Source: Welwitschia mirabilis (taxonomy: Eukaryota). From it: a stretch of 49,111 nucleotides of DNA. Every line of letters starts with the position of its first letter. The stretch's first letter is position 1. The stretch is taken from positions 24,443,599-24,492,709 of the forward strand of contig JBOZIK010000001.1 in assembly GCA_051453625.1 (NCBI GenBank), read 5' to 3'. The position numbers and the translations under genes are program-made. Below, piece after piece: positions 24,900 through 37,216 of the stretch. Below the pieces are notes generated by a model. That model saw only the letters and a program-made list of their open reading frames with translations, ran no database searches and was not told the DNA's origin.

Positions 24900-25960
24900 T
24901 TAGTTACCATACTTAATGGCACCCTTTTCTCTTCTTACAACTTTAATTCTTGTTGTGAGTATAACATCTTATTCAAATGTCTCGAATGACTGCATTCTAA
25001 GGTGTTCAGAAACATATAGAATACACGACTTGGTAAAGAGATATGACATATCTGTGATAAGGGTTTCCAATTGTAAGGCAGTAACTCTCTATCGTTGAGC
25101 GTAGTCATGTATAGTTTCATTGAATTATTGTCTCATTATTATCAAGAAGTCTAAGGTCATTCGTTTCGTGATGTTAATTGAGTAATTTTGTATAAACATC
25201 TTGAATAGTTGTTTCAAACTTGTGATAGAGTAAGTTGCCAAGTGATGGTACCATTCAAAAGTTTGTCGTCTAAAAGACTGATAAACTAGGTGACACGCTA
25301 TGTTTCATTCTATGTTATACATGTGACAAGAGTGTTTAAAGTTTCTCACATGGATAGATATTCCACACCTGTGAATTTTTCGAAGTCAGGCATTTCACTA
25401 AGTGAGATGATTTTGTCAGGGACAGAAGGGTGAATCGGTATATCATCAAAATCTGTGTCGAGGTAATTCTTCTTGTTTTAAAGGCCTCGTTTAATGTCAT
25501 TGATAGCCTCCCAAAGCATGTTGAATTTAGTTGACTGAATTTGAGGTTTATCTTTCCTAGGTTATTGATTTTTTTATCGTTCCTCATCAATCGCAACATA
25601 CTCAAATAAGTTATCATCATCATAATCTTTCTCTAGGATTTCTAATCCAGGTTTCCATGATGTCTTAGGTTTTTCTTTGTGACCTCATTCATTTACAAAT
25701 TCTTTGTTTTCATTGTATTTTTGAGAAAATGAGTCCTTAGGGAGAACCTTGTTTTCATCGTCTAACAGTACTAGCTTTCTAATAGCTAATGATCATATCC
25801 TTTTAATGGGATGGGTTAGATAGCCCTCCCAATAACTTCTATAATCATTCATGGCACGAAGTTGATCTGGGGCAAAAGTTAAAGGATGTTGTTGGATGAG
25901 TGCCTTATACTCATCCTTAGAAATGGATGCTTTTTTCTTACGGTTTGATACTAGCATTAC
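24900..25960 (-). pseudogene. Ty3/gypsy (Tat/Ogre-like) gag remnant
   Basis: Directly follows the PBS. PDFEKFTG and TFEWYHHLATYSITSLKQLFKMFIQNYS...RQ*FNETIHDYAQR match the Retrotrans_gag pattern 'WYxxLxxxSIxSFxQLxxxF'. Confidence 0.8.
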
Positions 25961-26045
25961 GGCTGTTATAGAGTACAACAAGCTGGTAGGCAAAGGGTAA
26001 AACAAACATAATTGATCAAGAAACGATTAAGGAAACGATAAGGGA

Positions 26046-26061
26046 CCTCCTTCTAGCGCCA
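26046..26061 (-). promoter_or_regulatory. Primer-binding site complementary to plant cytosolic tRNA-Asn(GUU) 3' end
   Basis: Minus strand TGGCGCTAGAAGGAGG, 4 nt after the LTR end ...GTAACA; the plus strand CCTCCTTCTAGCGCCA matches the tRNA-Asn 3' terminus as I recall it. Confidence 0.85.
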
Positions 26062-26065
26062 AAAT

Positions 26066-27506
26066 TGTTACGACTATTTTTCACAATATTATATTTATGA
26101 TTTCGCTTTGATTTTTGAACTTAGTTTAATCGGATGGGTGTTATTCTATTATGCTTAAAATGCGAAAGGAGTTTAAACACTAAAAATTTTACAATAAAAT
26201 ACTTTATTAAAAGCAGTTATAATCAAAACATATTGAGTATAATTTGTATTGTGAATGGCTTTGCAAATAAAGTAATGAAGTAAAAAGATGATTAAAATTT
26301 AGTAGATGCTCATATGGGTAAATACATGTATTTAAATAACTAGCCCAAATGTGATATCATAAATATCTTGAGAATTTATCCAAACAATAGTGATGTAAGT
26401 CTTGATCAGAGTTCTAAATTTAAACATAAGTTTCTTTCATCTCTAAGCTATGCGATAGTGTTTGAAAACTATCCTGTGGACAAGGTTTTTATTAAATTAA
26501 AAGAGAATTGCTATAACTTATTAGCATTAATACCATCCATAATCAAAATGAAAGCTATATTGCCTAAAAGATGGAAAACCGCATGTGTAATTTGTTTTAG
26601 GAAGGAAAAGAAGAGACAATGAAATAACGGGTAAGGGAAGGGTAGAAATAACAAGTAAAGGAAGGGTAGAGAATTTAGATCAATAAAGGAGCGATTGTCA
26701 AATTCTACTCAAGATAAAATGCTTTGTGGCTATGTCTTTCAACCAAGGACAAAATCATTTCTAGATAAGCCTTCGAAATAAGCGCACAATGGAATTTATT
26801 ATTAATCAGTAGTGAAGAGCTATAGATAACGCATAAAAGATTTCATCAGTCATAATGTGTAGAAATAGGGAACTAGAGATATGTATTTTAAACAAACGTA
26901 ATTTCTGATTCCAAAGCTCAAAAGCATATCACAGAATTATAATTACAACTCAGCAAATAACGCACATTGTTTTGAATTTTATGTTTGAACATTCATAGAA
27001 TCATAACGTTGCTATTAGAAATAAGCGTAAAGAAGAACCTGGAGAACTGTCAAATTCTTAGGTAGAATCCTGTGTGTAAATAAAGATCTCTAATACTCAG
27101 TTTGATGCAAGCGAAGTTTTTGGTATCGGAGCGATTGTGCCAATGATTTTTTCTGCTACTTTGAAATCTGTCTCTCGGCGTTTCCCTGGGGTGTTTTTCT
27201 CTCGTGTGCGTCTTTGATCTGTTTCTCTGATCTCGTCGATCTCCCTCCGCTGTCGTCTGTAAGCGTCGCTCTGGGTGTGAGCGCTGATTCTGATGCGTTT
27301 TCTGTCTTATCGCGTTCTTCTGTTCTGTCTCCTCTCCTGATCTGCGATGCGCGTTCTCCTTTCTTGCGTCTGCTCGCCGTTCCCCCCTTGCTGTCGTCCT
27401 CTGTTCTAGCTTTTACTTGATGCGGTACCTTGGCATTTCTTCTGGTCCTTCGCCCTTCTGGCGTTGTCTGCTGTGCTTTGCCGATCCGTTGCGGTCGCCC
27501 TGATGC
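26066..27506 (-). mobile_element. Ty3/gypsy (Tat-like) 5' LTR copy B, its outer end deleted
   Basis: Paralog of 9606-10409 plus 16434-17049, flanked by PBS and gag. Lacks the 384 bp of copy A at 17050-17433, with ATGC microhomology at the junction. Confidence 0.82.
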
Positions 27507-27639
27507 TGCGTGTGAGAACGGCAGCTCTGGAGGTGCATTTGAAGACAACGGAATAAGGAAATTGACCACATTGACAAACTGCGTAGGGAGGCCCAGAGAG
27601 GCAAGGTGCCGTTATGATGCAGGGGAGGCTGAGAACTTG

Positions 27640-27937
27640 TTAAGCCGCATTAGGCAACCCTGTGACAAAGAATGGGGAGCTTTCAACTGGAGTCACCCAC
27701 ACGCAGATTCTGTCTGTGGATTCGATGATATTAGAGACTACGAACAATTTCAGATGCTCCAAAACCGATAGAATATGCAATGACATCTTCGAAGTAGTTC
27801 TTTTTTCTATCAAGTAATCCTTTGTGATTCTCATAGCTTCCGAGAGCCTGTTCATCTTGCCCAATCGAACCGATAGATGTACAAGATTTACACGATTTCC
27901 CCAAGATGCCTGACTGTTCTCATTAAACATTTCCTCT
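27640..27937 (-). pseudogene. Captured WSD1-like wax ester synthase/DGAT fragment, copy B
   Basis: EEMFNENSQASWGNRVNLVHLSV...VSNIIESTDRI..TPVESSPFFVTGLP matches WSD 'EMM..S...WGN.F..LH...SN.IGP.E...HPV....F.V.G.P'. Confidence 0.65.
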
Positions 27938-28170
27938 GCGCCCCGTAATGGGCTTTCCGGACTCTCCAACACTCTTCACCTTTTTGCTGTCTGTCTATGA
28001 CGGTCACGCTGGTTCTCAGGCTTCAGTCTATTACAAGGGCCGTTTCCATGAATTGCTTGCAAAAGAATTAAGAAATGAACATCCATTTTCCAGAGAAATG
28101 GCTGATTGGAATAGAGTGATGTCTGCCTGTTTCAAGAAGATGGATATGGCAGTAGGAGGAATGCGTGTGA
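27938..28170 (+). pseudogene. Captured clade-A PP2C fragment, copy B (4-bp TGTC duplication frameshift)
   Basis: LHLFAV[tgtc]YDGHAGSQASVYYKGRFHELLAKEL...WNRVMSACFKKMDMAVGG. Confidence 0.88.
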
Positions 28171-28185
28171 TTCACAAAGAGTAAA

Positions 28186-28342
28186 TCATAGCAGCCAATA
28201 TTCCTCACGTTCTCAACTCCTCTTCAGGAGAGCCATTCAAGCCATGCGATGCCCGAAAGCACGCCTGAAATGGAACGAACTTGACCTGGATGAGTAACAC
28301 AGTTTGCTGCAGGAACCGTGGACTGAACCAATGTCGAGCAAC
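28186..28342 (+). repeat. ~155-bp extra copy of the F-box 5' segment (other copy from 29373)
   Basis: ATCATAGCAGCCAATATTCCTCACGTTCT...GAACCAATGTC occurs twice in copy B with several differences, and once in copy A (~18157). Confidence 0.85.
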
Positions 28343-28442
28343 NNNNNNNNNNNNNNNNNNNNNNNNNNNNNNNNNNNNNNNNNNNNNNNNNNNNNNNNNN
28401 NNNNNNNNNNNNNNNNNNNNNNNNNNNNNNNNNNNNNNNNNN

Positions 28443-28733
28443 ATGCCCCTGGACAGGACTTGAGTCCCATTCAGAGCATCGACAAACCAGCCTTCTTTTT
28501 TAGCGCTATCCAAGAAAGGACCAAGGCTAGAACTATTGCTACTAGAATCCTTACCAGCCTTCTTTTTTAGCGCTATCCAAGAAAGGACCAAGGCTAGAAC
28601 TATTGCTACTGAAATCCTTAAGTTTAGCAGGAAATAGGAAAATTCGTAACCTGCGTTGCTTGCTGTTGGACTGCTGCTATTGCTGCTCTAGTCTATCATA
28701 CTCCATCATGTTCTCTAGGTCTTCGTCGGTCAA
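28443..28733 (-). pseudogene. Captured fragment of a plant PB1 (octicosapeptide/Phox/Bem1p) domain protein, copy B only
   Basis: LTDEDLENMMEYDRLEQQ*QQSNSKQRRLRIFLFPAKL then SLGPFLDSAKKEGWFVDALNGTQVLSRG follows the family pattern 'TDEDLENMxEEYDR...RLRLFLFP...GSLLD.AK.E.WFVDALNG'. Confidence 0.85.
28486..28620. repeat. 67-bp tandem duplication frameshifting the PB1 fragment
   Basis: ACCAGCCTTCTTTTT(T)AGCGCTATCCAAGAAAGGACCAAGGCTAGAACTATTGCTACT at 28486 and 28553. Confidence 0.9.
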
Positions 28734-29164
28734 AAGCGCAAGACGAATTGGTCATCATCAACACTACACGAATCGCCCTGCAATCAAACCAAACATAGAT
28801 GCACGAAGATTTATCAAAAAAAGATCTAATTAAATAGAGGAAAAAGTTGAAGAAGTTAACGCAGCTATAGTACCACAAGCCAGTGGACAGAGAAGGCGGA
28901 AGAAAGCGCATCGGGCGCTCCGTTAAGAGTCTAGACTTTTTGCACAAAAGTCAGTCCCGAAAGAATTCGCTGTTAATGGGCATCGTCAATAACAAGTTCC
29001 AAAGAATGAAGAGTGTATCATGCTATAATGCATTAACACATGACATGTATAAAAGGCAGGACTTACATATATATATATATATATGACAAATGTATGACAT
29101 GCATCACTTGTCCTTCTCATTTTATAAGAGATTGAAGGTTCTTTACCCTGGTTCTTTATTTTAT

Positions 29165-29360
29165 CCAATAAATTTTTAAGGTCTTATAAATGTAATTGAG
29201 GAAAATTCCAATTCCAATCTTCAGTTTCATACGTGCATAATGTAAGTTAAATACAGTCGGCCACCCAATAAATTTTTAGGCTCTTATAAATGTAATTGAG
29301 GAAAATTTTAATTTCAATGTTCAGTTTCATACGTGCATAATGTAAGTTCAATACGGCCAC
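29165..29360. repeat. Two tandem ~100-bp repeats
   Basis: CCAATAAATTTTTA.G.TCTTATAAATGTAATTGAGGAAAATT...TACGTGCATAATGTAAGTT...GGCCAC at 29165 and 29265. Confidence 0.9.
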
Positions 29361-29426
29361 GTCGTTGACGTTATCATAGCAGCCAATATTCCTCACGTTC
29401 TCCTCTTCAGGAGAGCCATTCAAGCC

Positions 29427-30020
<594 letters not shown>

Positions 30021-33000
30021 AGTTGATCTTAGGTTCTATTAAGCATTTCAATGAATTTATATTTATAAAAAAATTGTGTTTAATAAAAGTAATTTAAGGT
30101 GTTATAGCCTTAGAGGAAGCATTTCTTGCTAGAACAAAGGAAAAAGAAGATTTCTCTAAGATATCTACTTCAAAATCTTCGCAAAAATAGTATTTCAATA
30201 GAAGAATATATTGGAAATCCTTGGAGGAAGCATTTCTCGCCAGAATAAAGTTTAGAATGATATCTGATAATTTGATAGCCATCAAGAAACCTATTCTAAT
30301 TTTGATAGTGTTTTTCATTTATCAAGAGGATTAGGACCTAAATATCAATCCTTTGATCTTGTTCAACTTTTAAAACCTTCATACCCTTCTTTTTAGAAAT
30401 ACCCTCTTACTCTTGAATCTCATAAACAAGGGCTACAAGCCTAAGAAAATTCAACTCAACTTGATTGTACTCGAACTTTTGTGGGACAAAGAGTAAAGGT
30501 CACTATCATGGTTGCACTTAAGAAGGTAGATTCAATCAATATTCCCACTTAGGTGGCCATTGCTTTGCTTTTATAGAATAATGCAATTTTAGACTTCCTA
30601 GGATATAACTTCAATTAAAATCAATGAGGTTACTCTTCTCCTACTGGTACAATTTCCTTTGACCAATAATCTCATTTCTTTTCATTTGTAAGAGTAGTCT
30701 TAGCTTAACTCGTAATTCAAATATTTGAATCTACATAGCAAAATTCTTCTTGTTAGATATGTCGTTAGTGGGGACAATGCTCGTTCGTGTTGGAATTGAT
30801 TTGGTTATTCTTACTATCCATAGGATTTTTTCCTAAGGCTTGGCTACATTATTAGTGATTTAGGTACTTCAAAGAAAATTAGACCCATATATTAGTAGTG
30901 ATGTCACGTATATTGGTGATGACAATGTGCCTAATATCAAAAAGAATCTTCTCTTCATTAATCGACTTATTAAAGACAATTTTTAGATTGTAAAATTCTC
31001 ATCTTCGAGCTTTGTTGTTAAGGATCCTCAAACTTAAAAGTTGCTGGCTGAGGGAACTAAAAAAGTAGAATTTTTTGCATGAGAAAATGGAATTCAAAAA
31101 CAATCCACTGCCATTGAAAAAATGAAAAATCACTTGAAGCAATGTGGAATCAATAGCTAGGTCATGCAAACTTTATGTTATAACAACATCTTAACTTAAA
31201 TAATTAAATTGAAGTTAGTAGTTCGATTAAAAAGTAAATCATATGTGCAAGTTATCAAATGGAAAAAGAGTTGTAGACTTCCATTTTCTCTATATAACGA
31301 AATTTTGGTACTTCCTTTGCATTGTGATCAATGGAGAATAATTCCTATTTTATCTACTTAGATTTTTAAATATTATGTAATATTTGTTGATGACTATACA
31401 TATTATACATGGCTTTTTCCTCTTAAGTGAAAATCAAATTTTTATGTTTACTTTCTTAATTTCTGATGCCTTACCCCCATCTAATATGATGCTAAAATTT
31501 AACTTCTTCAAATGGATGGAGGAGGAGAGTTCATGAAAATATGATTCTTAAAGCATCTTATTAGTTGTGGGATTCAAAGGCAATTGTCTTATCCTATAAC
31601 TCTACGCGCAATGACGCTAAATGCTAAGATGCCATTAAAATATTGGATTGATGATATCTCAACTATTGTTTATCTAATCAATTGTCTCCCTTCCTTAATG
31701 CTCAACATATAATCTAAAGTTTTGTCTTTCTGTTCACAGTCTACTTAATCTTTTTGAAAGGTTTTTGGTTGTAGATGTTTTCCTTTTGTCACAAATCATA
31801 ATCCACACAAATTGGCATCATGATCATATCCATGTATTTTTATTGGTTATAGCTCTGTACACAAGGTTCTCTCCTACTTAAAAGGTTTGCATCTCAAGAA
31901 ATGTAGTTTTTGTTGAATATTTATTACCTTATGTCAATACTGCATCGCTTCATACTCCATTTGATATGGAAGGAAAAGTAACTACTTTTCCAAAATCTGA
32001 TGAAATATATTCAAAAGTTACTAATAAGATGTAACATGAAATTCATCATTATAGAAATTGAATACAATTCCCATTTCCTTTTAATTCAGTTCGTAATTCT
32101 TGTGTTTGTGATGATGTTGTTAAACCATCCACTAATTGTACTATTGATAATGATTTATTAAATAATATACATGCAACTCCATCTCAAAATGCATATTTGG
32201 TTGATCCCTCTAATTTAGCTCCATTCACATTGACTCCAATCTCTAAGTCTACTACATTAGTATCACTCTCTCAGGAAAGAAACTCTATTTTTTCTATTGA
32301 TTCTCCTAATTTAAGATGCTCCACTTGTGTTCATTGAAACCCCACTTATTTGTAGGATTATCAATGCAATGCAATTTATACTAATTCATTTAAGGAAGTT
32401 TCCTCTCATATTGTAGAACCTAATTTGGAGAAGCCTCAAACTCAAAAAAGTACCGTAAAAAATCCTCACTGAGTGGAAGCCATGAAAGAGGAATTCAAGG
32501 AACTTTATGACAGTAATACGTGGATTTGGGCTCCTTGTCAACTACCTATGGATGTTGTGGGTTCTCATAGGGTTTTTCATAATAAGTTGAAATCAAATGG
32601 CTCATAGGGTTTTTCATAATAAGTTGAAATCAAATGGCTCCATAGATTACTATCATGCTCATTTAGTTACTAGAGGTTTCATTCAATGCCTTGTTGACTT
32701 ATTGAAACCTTTACTCCAATTTTTAAACACACTACCATGTGGTGAGTGCTTGCTCTTATTACCATTTTTCCATGGCCTATGCACCAATTGGATGTTAAGA
32801 AGACAATCTCATGTGGATTTCTTAAAGAAACTATTGACATGGAGCAACCTTCAGGATTTATTGATTTGTCAAAACTAGATCATGTTTGTCTTCTTTAAAA
32901 GTCAATCTATGGCTTAAAACAAGCACCATGTGCTTACTTTGATAGGTTGTCTGTCCACCTCTGGCACATTGGCTTCATTTGCAATAGATCAAATTCATCA

Positions 33001-33900
33001 TTTTTTGTGTATCATAGAACAACTAACATTGTCCTGTTATTACTTTATATGGATGAAATACTCCTTACATGACATGATTCCTTTTCTCTTTTCTAAAATC
33101 ATAGCTTAATTTCAGACTGAGTTTCCTATGAACAACTTGGAACCATTAGATTCTTTTTTGGGCATTGACGTACAAGAGTTCTCTAGTGGCACATTTCTTT
33201 CTCAGTCTTAATATGCTTGCATATCTTCTTCATTGGAGCACTTCAATATTTGACCATCACTCACCTTAAATTATCCTTTGTAGTTAACCAAGTTTATAAG
33301 TTTATGCAGACAGTAAGTTAAGCTTATTTGTGTGCTATTAAATGAAATTTGCATTATCTCAAAGGCACCATTGTTTTTGGGCTTTATTATATCTCTCAAA
33401 GTTCATTTTCTTTATTTGTCTTCTCTAATGTTGATTGTGCAGGATGCCCTACTGCATGACCTAGTATAATTGGATATTGTATCCTTTTTGGTGCTCATTG
33501 CATTTTTGGGGACTTCCCTAGACAACTTACTATAGCACATTCAACTATAAAAGCTAAGTACCATTCCATGGCCTCTCCAACAACTAAAATCACTTGGATT
33601 TGATTTCTTCTTCATAACATTGGTGTTCCTTTGCAATGGCTGCCTTCTATCTTTTGCAACAATCTTAGTGTTTTGTATGTGTCGGTCAATCTGGTCTATC
33701 ATACTCTCACCAAACATATTGAATTGGATTATTACTTTGTACATGAAAAGGTAACTTTGTTTCTTCTTCTGCTTAGCTTGTAGACATCTTCACAAAGCCT
33801 TTTTCAAGATAACCTCTTCAACAACTACAAGCCAAGTTGGAAGTTCATTTTGGCTCACTCTCCAAAGTGAGGAAGAGTGATAAAGATATTAAATTCCCAG
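30021..33900 (+). mobile_element. Heavily decayed, 5'-truncated Ty1/copia (Ale/RE1-like) pol region
   Basis: VPNIKKNLL (~30930), FKYYVIFVDDYT (~31365), QMDGGGEF (~31510), EAMKEEF (~32475), KSIYGLKQAP (~32900), LLLYMDEIL (~33040), KHIELDYYFVHEK (~33715); PPT-like GAGGAAGAG then TG at 33878. Left boundary inferred from loss of actin homology. Confidence 0.88.
32564..32637. repeat. Perfect 37-bp tandem duplication in the copia RT
   Basis: CTCATAGGGTTTTTCATAATAAGTTGAAATCAAATGG twice. Confidence 0.95.
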
Positions 33901-34079
33901 TTAAACAATTACATTGATAGTTCACTTTAGCTCATTCTACTTCACTCTAGAACTATGATCCCATGTTTCTTAAAATTTGCGATAGTTCCACCAGTGTATA
34001 GATATTTCTGTGATGTCAATGGAACATGAATAAGATTTGTTGACCTTCCAATTTTTGAAGAGGATGTTCCAATTTTTTT

Positions 34080-34555
34080 TGGATGTTTCAAGTCCATAAA
34101 CCAGCTATAACACATCCTATGACAAGGTGCTGGTAATCCATGCGTGCAGCAATGAATCAGAATGTTTCAACTGCAGAAAGTCAGGCCTGGGCATCCCTTT
34201 TGATCCACTGATACCATCTCTCAGATTGGTGGATGACGGGATTATTTCAGGTGGAAGGGTGTGGTACCATTGGTAAACTGAGTAGGTCCTGCAAATCAAT
34301 AAGATCCATGATTTGTGTCGCCCATAGGAGATAGTCAGAGGCCACTAGATTGAGGAAAACAAAAGTTCCCAGTGTTGAGGGTGGCTGGCCAACGGTATTT
34401 GGATTGCGCTGGGTTCGAGGTAGTGAGAGAAAAACAGTAAAGAGAAAGGGTACAGAAGAATAGGATCTGCTATGCTCTGATGCCATGAAAAATGATTTGG
34501 CTGGAGAGGATTAGATGGATGGGCTTGTCTCTCTACAAGTTGACTGAAGATAATA
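34080..34555 (-). mobile_element. Copia 5' stub: LTR end, Met PBS and gag N-terminus
   Basis: Minus strand ...TTTTCA (34486) then TGGCATCAGAGC (34485-34474); then DYLLWATQIMDLIDLQDLL and SDSLLHAWITSTLS*DVL*LVYGLETS, typical of RE1/Ale gag. Confidence 0.82.
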
Positions 34556-34559
34556 AACT

Positions 34560-34609
34560 TCGCAAGGCTCATACCCTTGAGGTCACGGGTTCAAATCCCG
34601 TCTTCGCCT
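34560..34609 (+). pseudogene. trnfM: 3' two-thirds of plastid tRNA-fMet(CAU), organellar insertion
   Basis: TCGCAAGGCTCATACCCTTGAGGTCACGGGTTCAAATCCCGTCTTCGC vs the plastid consensus TCGCAAGGCTCATAACCTTGAGGTCACGGGTTCAAATCCTGTCTCCGC; 5' arm missing. Confidence 0.88.
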
Positions 34610-34721
34610 GAGCAAAATCCAAAAAAAAGAGCAAAATCCAAAAAGCTAATTTGATATGCAAAAGATACGTAGGAAAACAAAATCCCCAGGTGATAAGAAA
34701 ACGGAAAATAAAAGAGAACGA

Positions 34722-34793
34722 GTGTCCATCGTCCAATATATAGGACAGAGGTCTTCTAAACCTTAAGTATAGGTTCAAGGCCTACTGGACATC
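34722..34793 (+). tRNA. trnR-UCU: Plastid-type tRNA-Arg(UCU), mutated copy (likely non-functional NUPT)
   Basis: GTGTCCATCGTCCAATATATAGGACAGAGGTCTTCTAAACCTTAAGTATAGGTTCAAGGCCTACTGGACATC aligns to plastid trnR-UCU; anticodon TCT at 34755-34757; D-loop GG and T-loop altered. Confidence 0.85.
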
Positions 34794-35799
34794 ACATTTA
34801 GGTTTTATATCAGTTTGATGAAATAGACTTGTAAGCCGGGAATCTTCTTCAGTAGCCGAATCTGGATTTATCCAACGATGAATCTTGGACAATTGCTTTA
34901 GGAAAATTTTGCTATTTGCAAAAATAAATCCTTTTCGGAATCAGGTCAAATTATTTGGGACGACAAGAACAAACTGCTTGCCGAGATGGTTGCCAAATCG
35001 TCAGTATACTGACCACCTAACATGATAGTGGAAGTAAATTTGCCTTTAGGTATACTAAGAAAATGGTGAACCCTGCTGATCTAGTTATAACGGAATTTAA
35101 CAAGCTGGTCTTCAGTCTTGTGCACTTCTAACTCTTGCAGCGTGGCAGTAACAGAGATGAAGTTAGGCTTCGTAGACTGGTGGTTGTGTGAGAGCTCCCA
35201 GGAGATCGGGTAGCAATCTGAGAGGGAAGAAGAGGAATTGACAGTAACTTTAACATCTTCCGAATATCAAATATGAAATGAAAATTGATCCGAGCAAGAG
35301 GTGACAGAACTTCAACCTCAATAAATGATTAGACATGCAGAGTTGAGATTATGAAGTCCAAATTGTATTTTGAGGTGCACCCACGTTCTTTTATCAAGGA
35401 GTAATCCAAGGCATGGTTAGCAAGTTGCAGAGATCATCCCAGAAAGATGCTTGAGTTTTACCGTCATTAGCCATATAAATATTGGGCAGCCCAACGAAGA
35501 GCCTGGTCGACTCAGGTTGACTCTAACACTCTGAGCAAACCGTAACTGCAACCTTCATGATCAGTGGAGTAGAAGAGAAGTTTCTGCCGACTGAGGAACT
35601 GTTTTGTAGAATAAGCCTGCAGTCTTCCATGAGAGGAATTATAGCGTTCTAACCAACATGAAAGAAAATGAACTGTATGGTCTTCCACTTTCTGCAGTCT
35701 GAAAAGAGAAAAATATTTTTTTTGCTTTGCTAATTAGTAGATGTTTTGAACAATCATTTCATTTGGATGTGTCTTTCTTCATTGTTCTTTTATAACAGA

Positions 35800-37216
35800 A
35801 TCCTTCTTAAAATCAAATTACCACATAAACCATCTCCACTAGAAATATTTTCTTAAGGCAACACGTCTTTTTGAACTTTTCTTCTACAACCTTAAATATC
35901 TGTCCCTTTTCAAACTTCATAATCTTCTTAGCTGTTGTTGGACATTCACTTTTTTGGTATTCCATTCCCCATATTTTTAGCAAGTTAAGCTTTGACATCT
36001 ACCACCATGTCTTTCTTTTCTAATTTCCTTTATACCTCTAAACATTAGAAGTATCTTGCCTCGATTAACGATTTTACAGTTTTATATTCCTTTCATGGCC
36101 TTAAAGCTTTTTATTGACTTGAACTCTTCTTCTTTCAGATAAATTCTTTTATCTTTCAAGCTTTTTTTCAATCCTCAAAGCCATCTAACATGTTTATCAA
36201 AAGACTTGCGAAACAACTAAATCAACTTTTATTAGATGCAATATCTTAAGCCATTAAGAAATCTTGTATTCTCCTCTTCCTTTGAATGTGTGAGACCAAC
36301 TCTCTTGAAAATTTTTAAGCATTCTCAATATATTCCTCCAATTCTCTATGCTTTTACCTAACATTTCATACCTTTTGGTGAGGTCTTGATGAAAGTAAAA
36401 GGATTTAAATTTCTCCATCTAGAAATAAGACTCGTGATTGTTTAGTCTTTAATAAGTAGTTACCCCTCTTGAAACTTTCCAAACTAAGTCTTTTTCGCAC
36501 CACGTGATTCTCACACCCCAAGGTGAGCAATTATGATTGATGTTCTCTAATCTTGTGGTGTTCCTTCCTTTCCAAGAAAAAAGTTTTAATAATTCTTGAT
36601 TATTCTAAATATTTTTGTAGTTACAGACTATTAAAAAATCTTAATGCCTCCATTTGAGATCTTTTCACATGCTTAAGTGTATTTAGAAATAATACATCCT
36701 TGTCCTTTGTCTCCATATGTTAAGATGAACTCTTTTCACCCTACTTTCCTTTCTCTTGAAGATGTGAATCCTCTACTTAAAGTGTCTTTTTCTTCATCCT
36801 CAATATCTTGTGTTAGCATCTCCAACTTAGATATTTAAGCCTTAAAGAAATCTTCATCCATCCAATTCTCTTATTAACATTAGTTATGGTAAACTTCTTA
36901 GATGTCCTTTCTTTGAAACCTACAAAACCTTAAGAAATATAAGGATACCATTTACTCTACTGCCAAGATGATAGAAGCTTAAATGGATTTATGTTATAAA
37001 ATTAAATAATTAATGCCTTAACTTGTTGTTCATCAAAGGCATGAAAAACTCAATTTTGTTATGTTCCAATGTAAAAACCAAAAGTATACGAATAAGGCCT
37101 CAAACATCTAACTTGGTCTAGTATGCATTTAAGTTATGAACCACATGAGAACAACAGACAAAACTTATGAATCAAAAAGTCAAAATACTAAAATTAAGAT
37201 CTTGGTTTGGTACCTT
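35800..37216 (-). mobile_element. Possible very old gypsy gag/5' UTR remnant
   Basis: Weak: EEENTRFLNGL (~36250-36280), decayed knuckle-like segment ending ECP (~35940-35985), degenerate Met-PBS-like GGTACCAAACCAAG (37214-37201). Confidence 0.35.

Noticed and set aside
27156-27771. Overlapping 113-137-aa ORFs on both strands
   Set aside because: They lie in the GC-rich LTR portion, cross a deletion junction, and are not preserved in copy A.
34560-34793. Functional nuclear tRNA genes or a tRNA-derived SINE
   Set aside because: Plastid-type sequences; one is truncated and the other has D- and T-loop mutations. No SINE tail or TSD.
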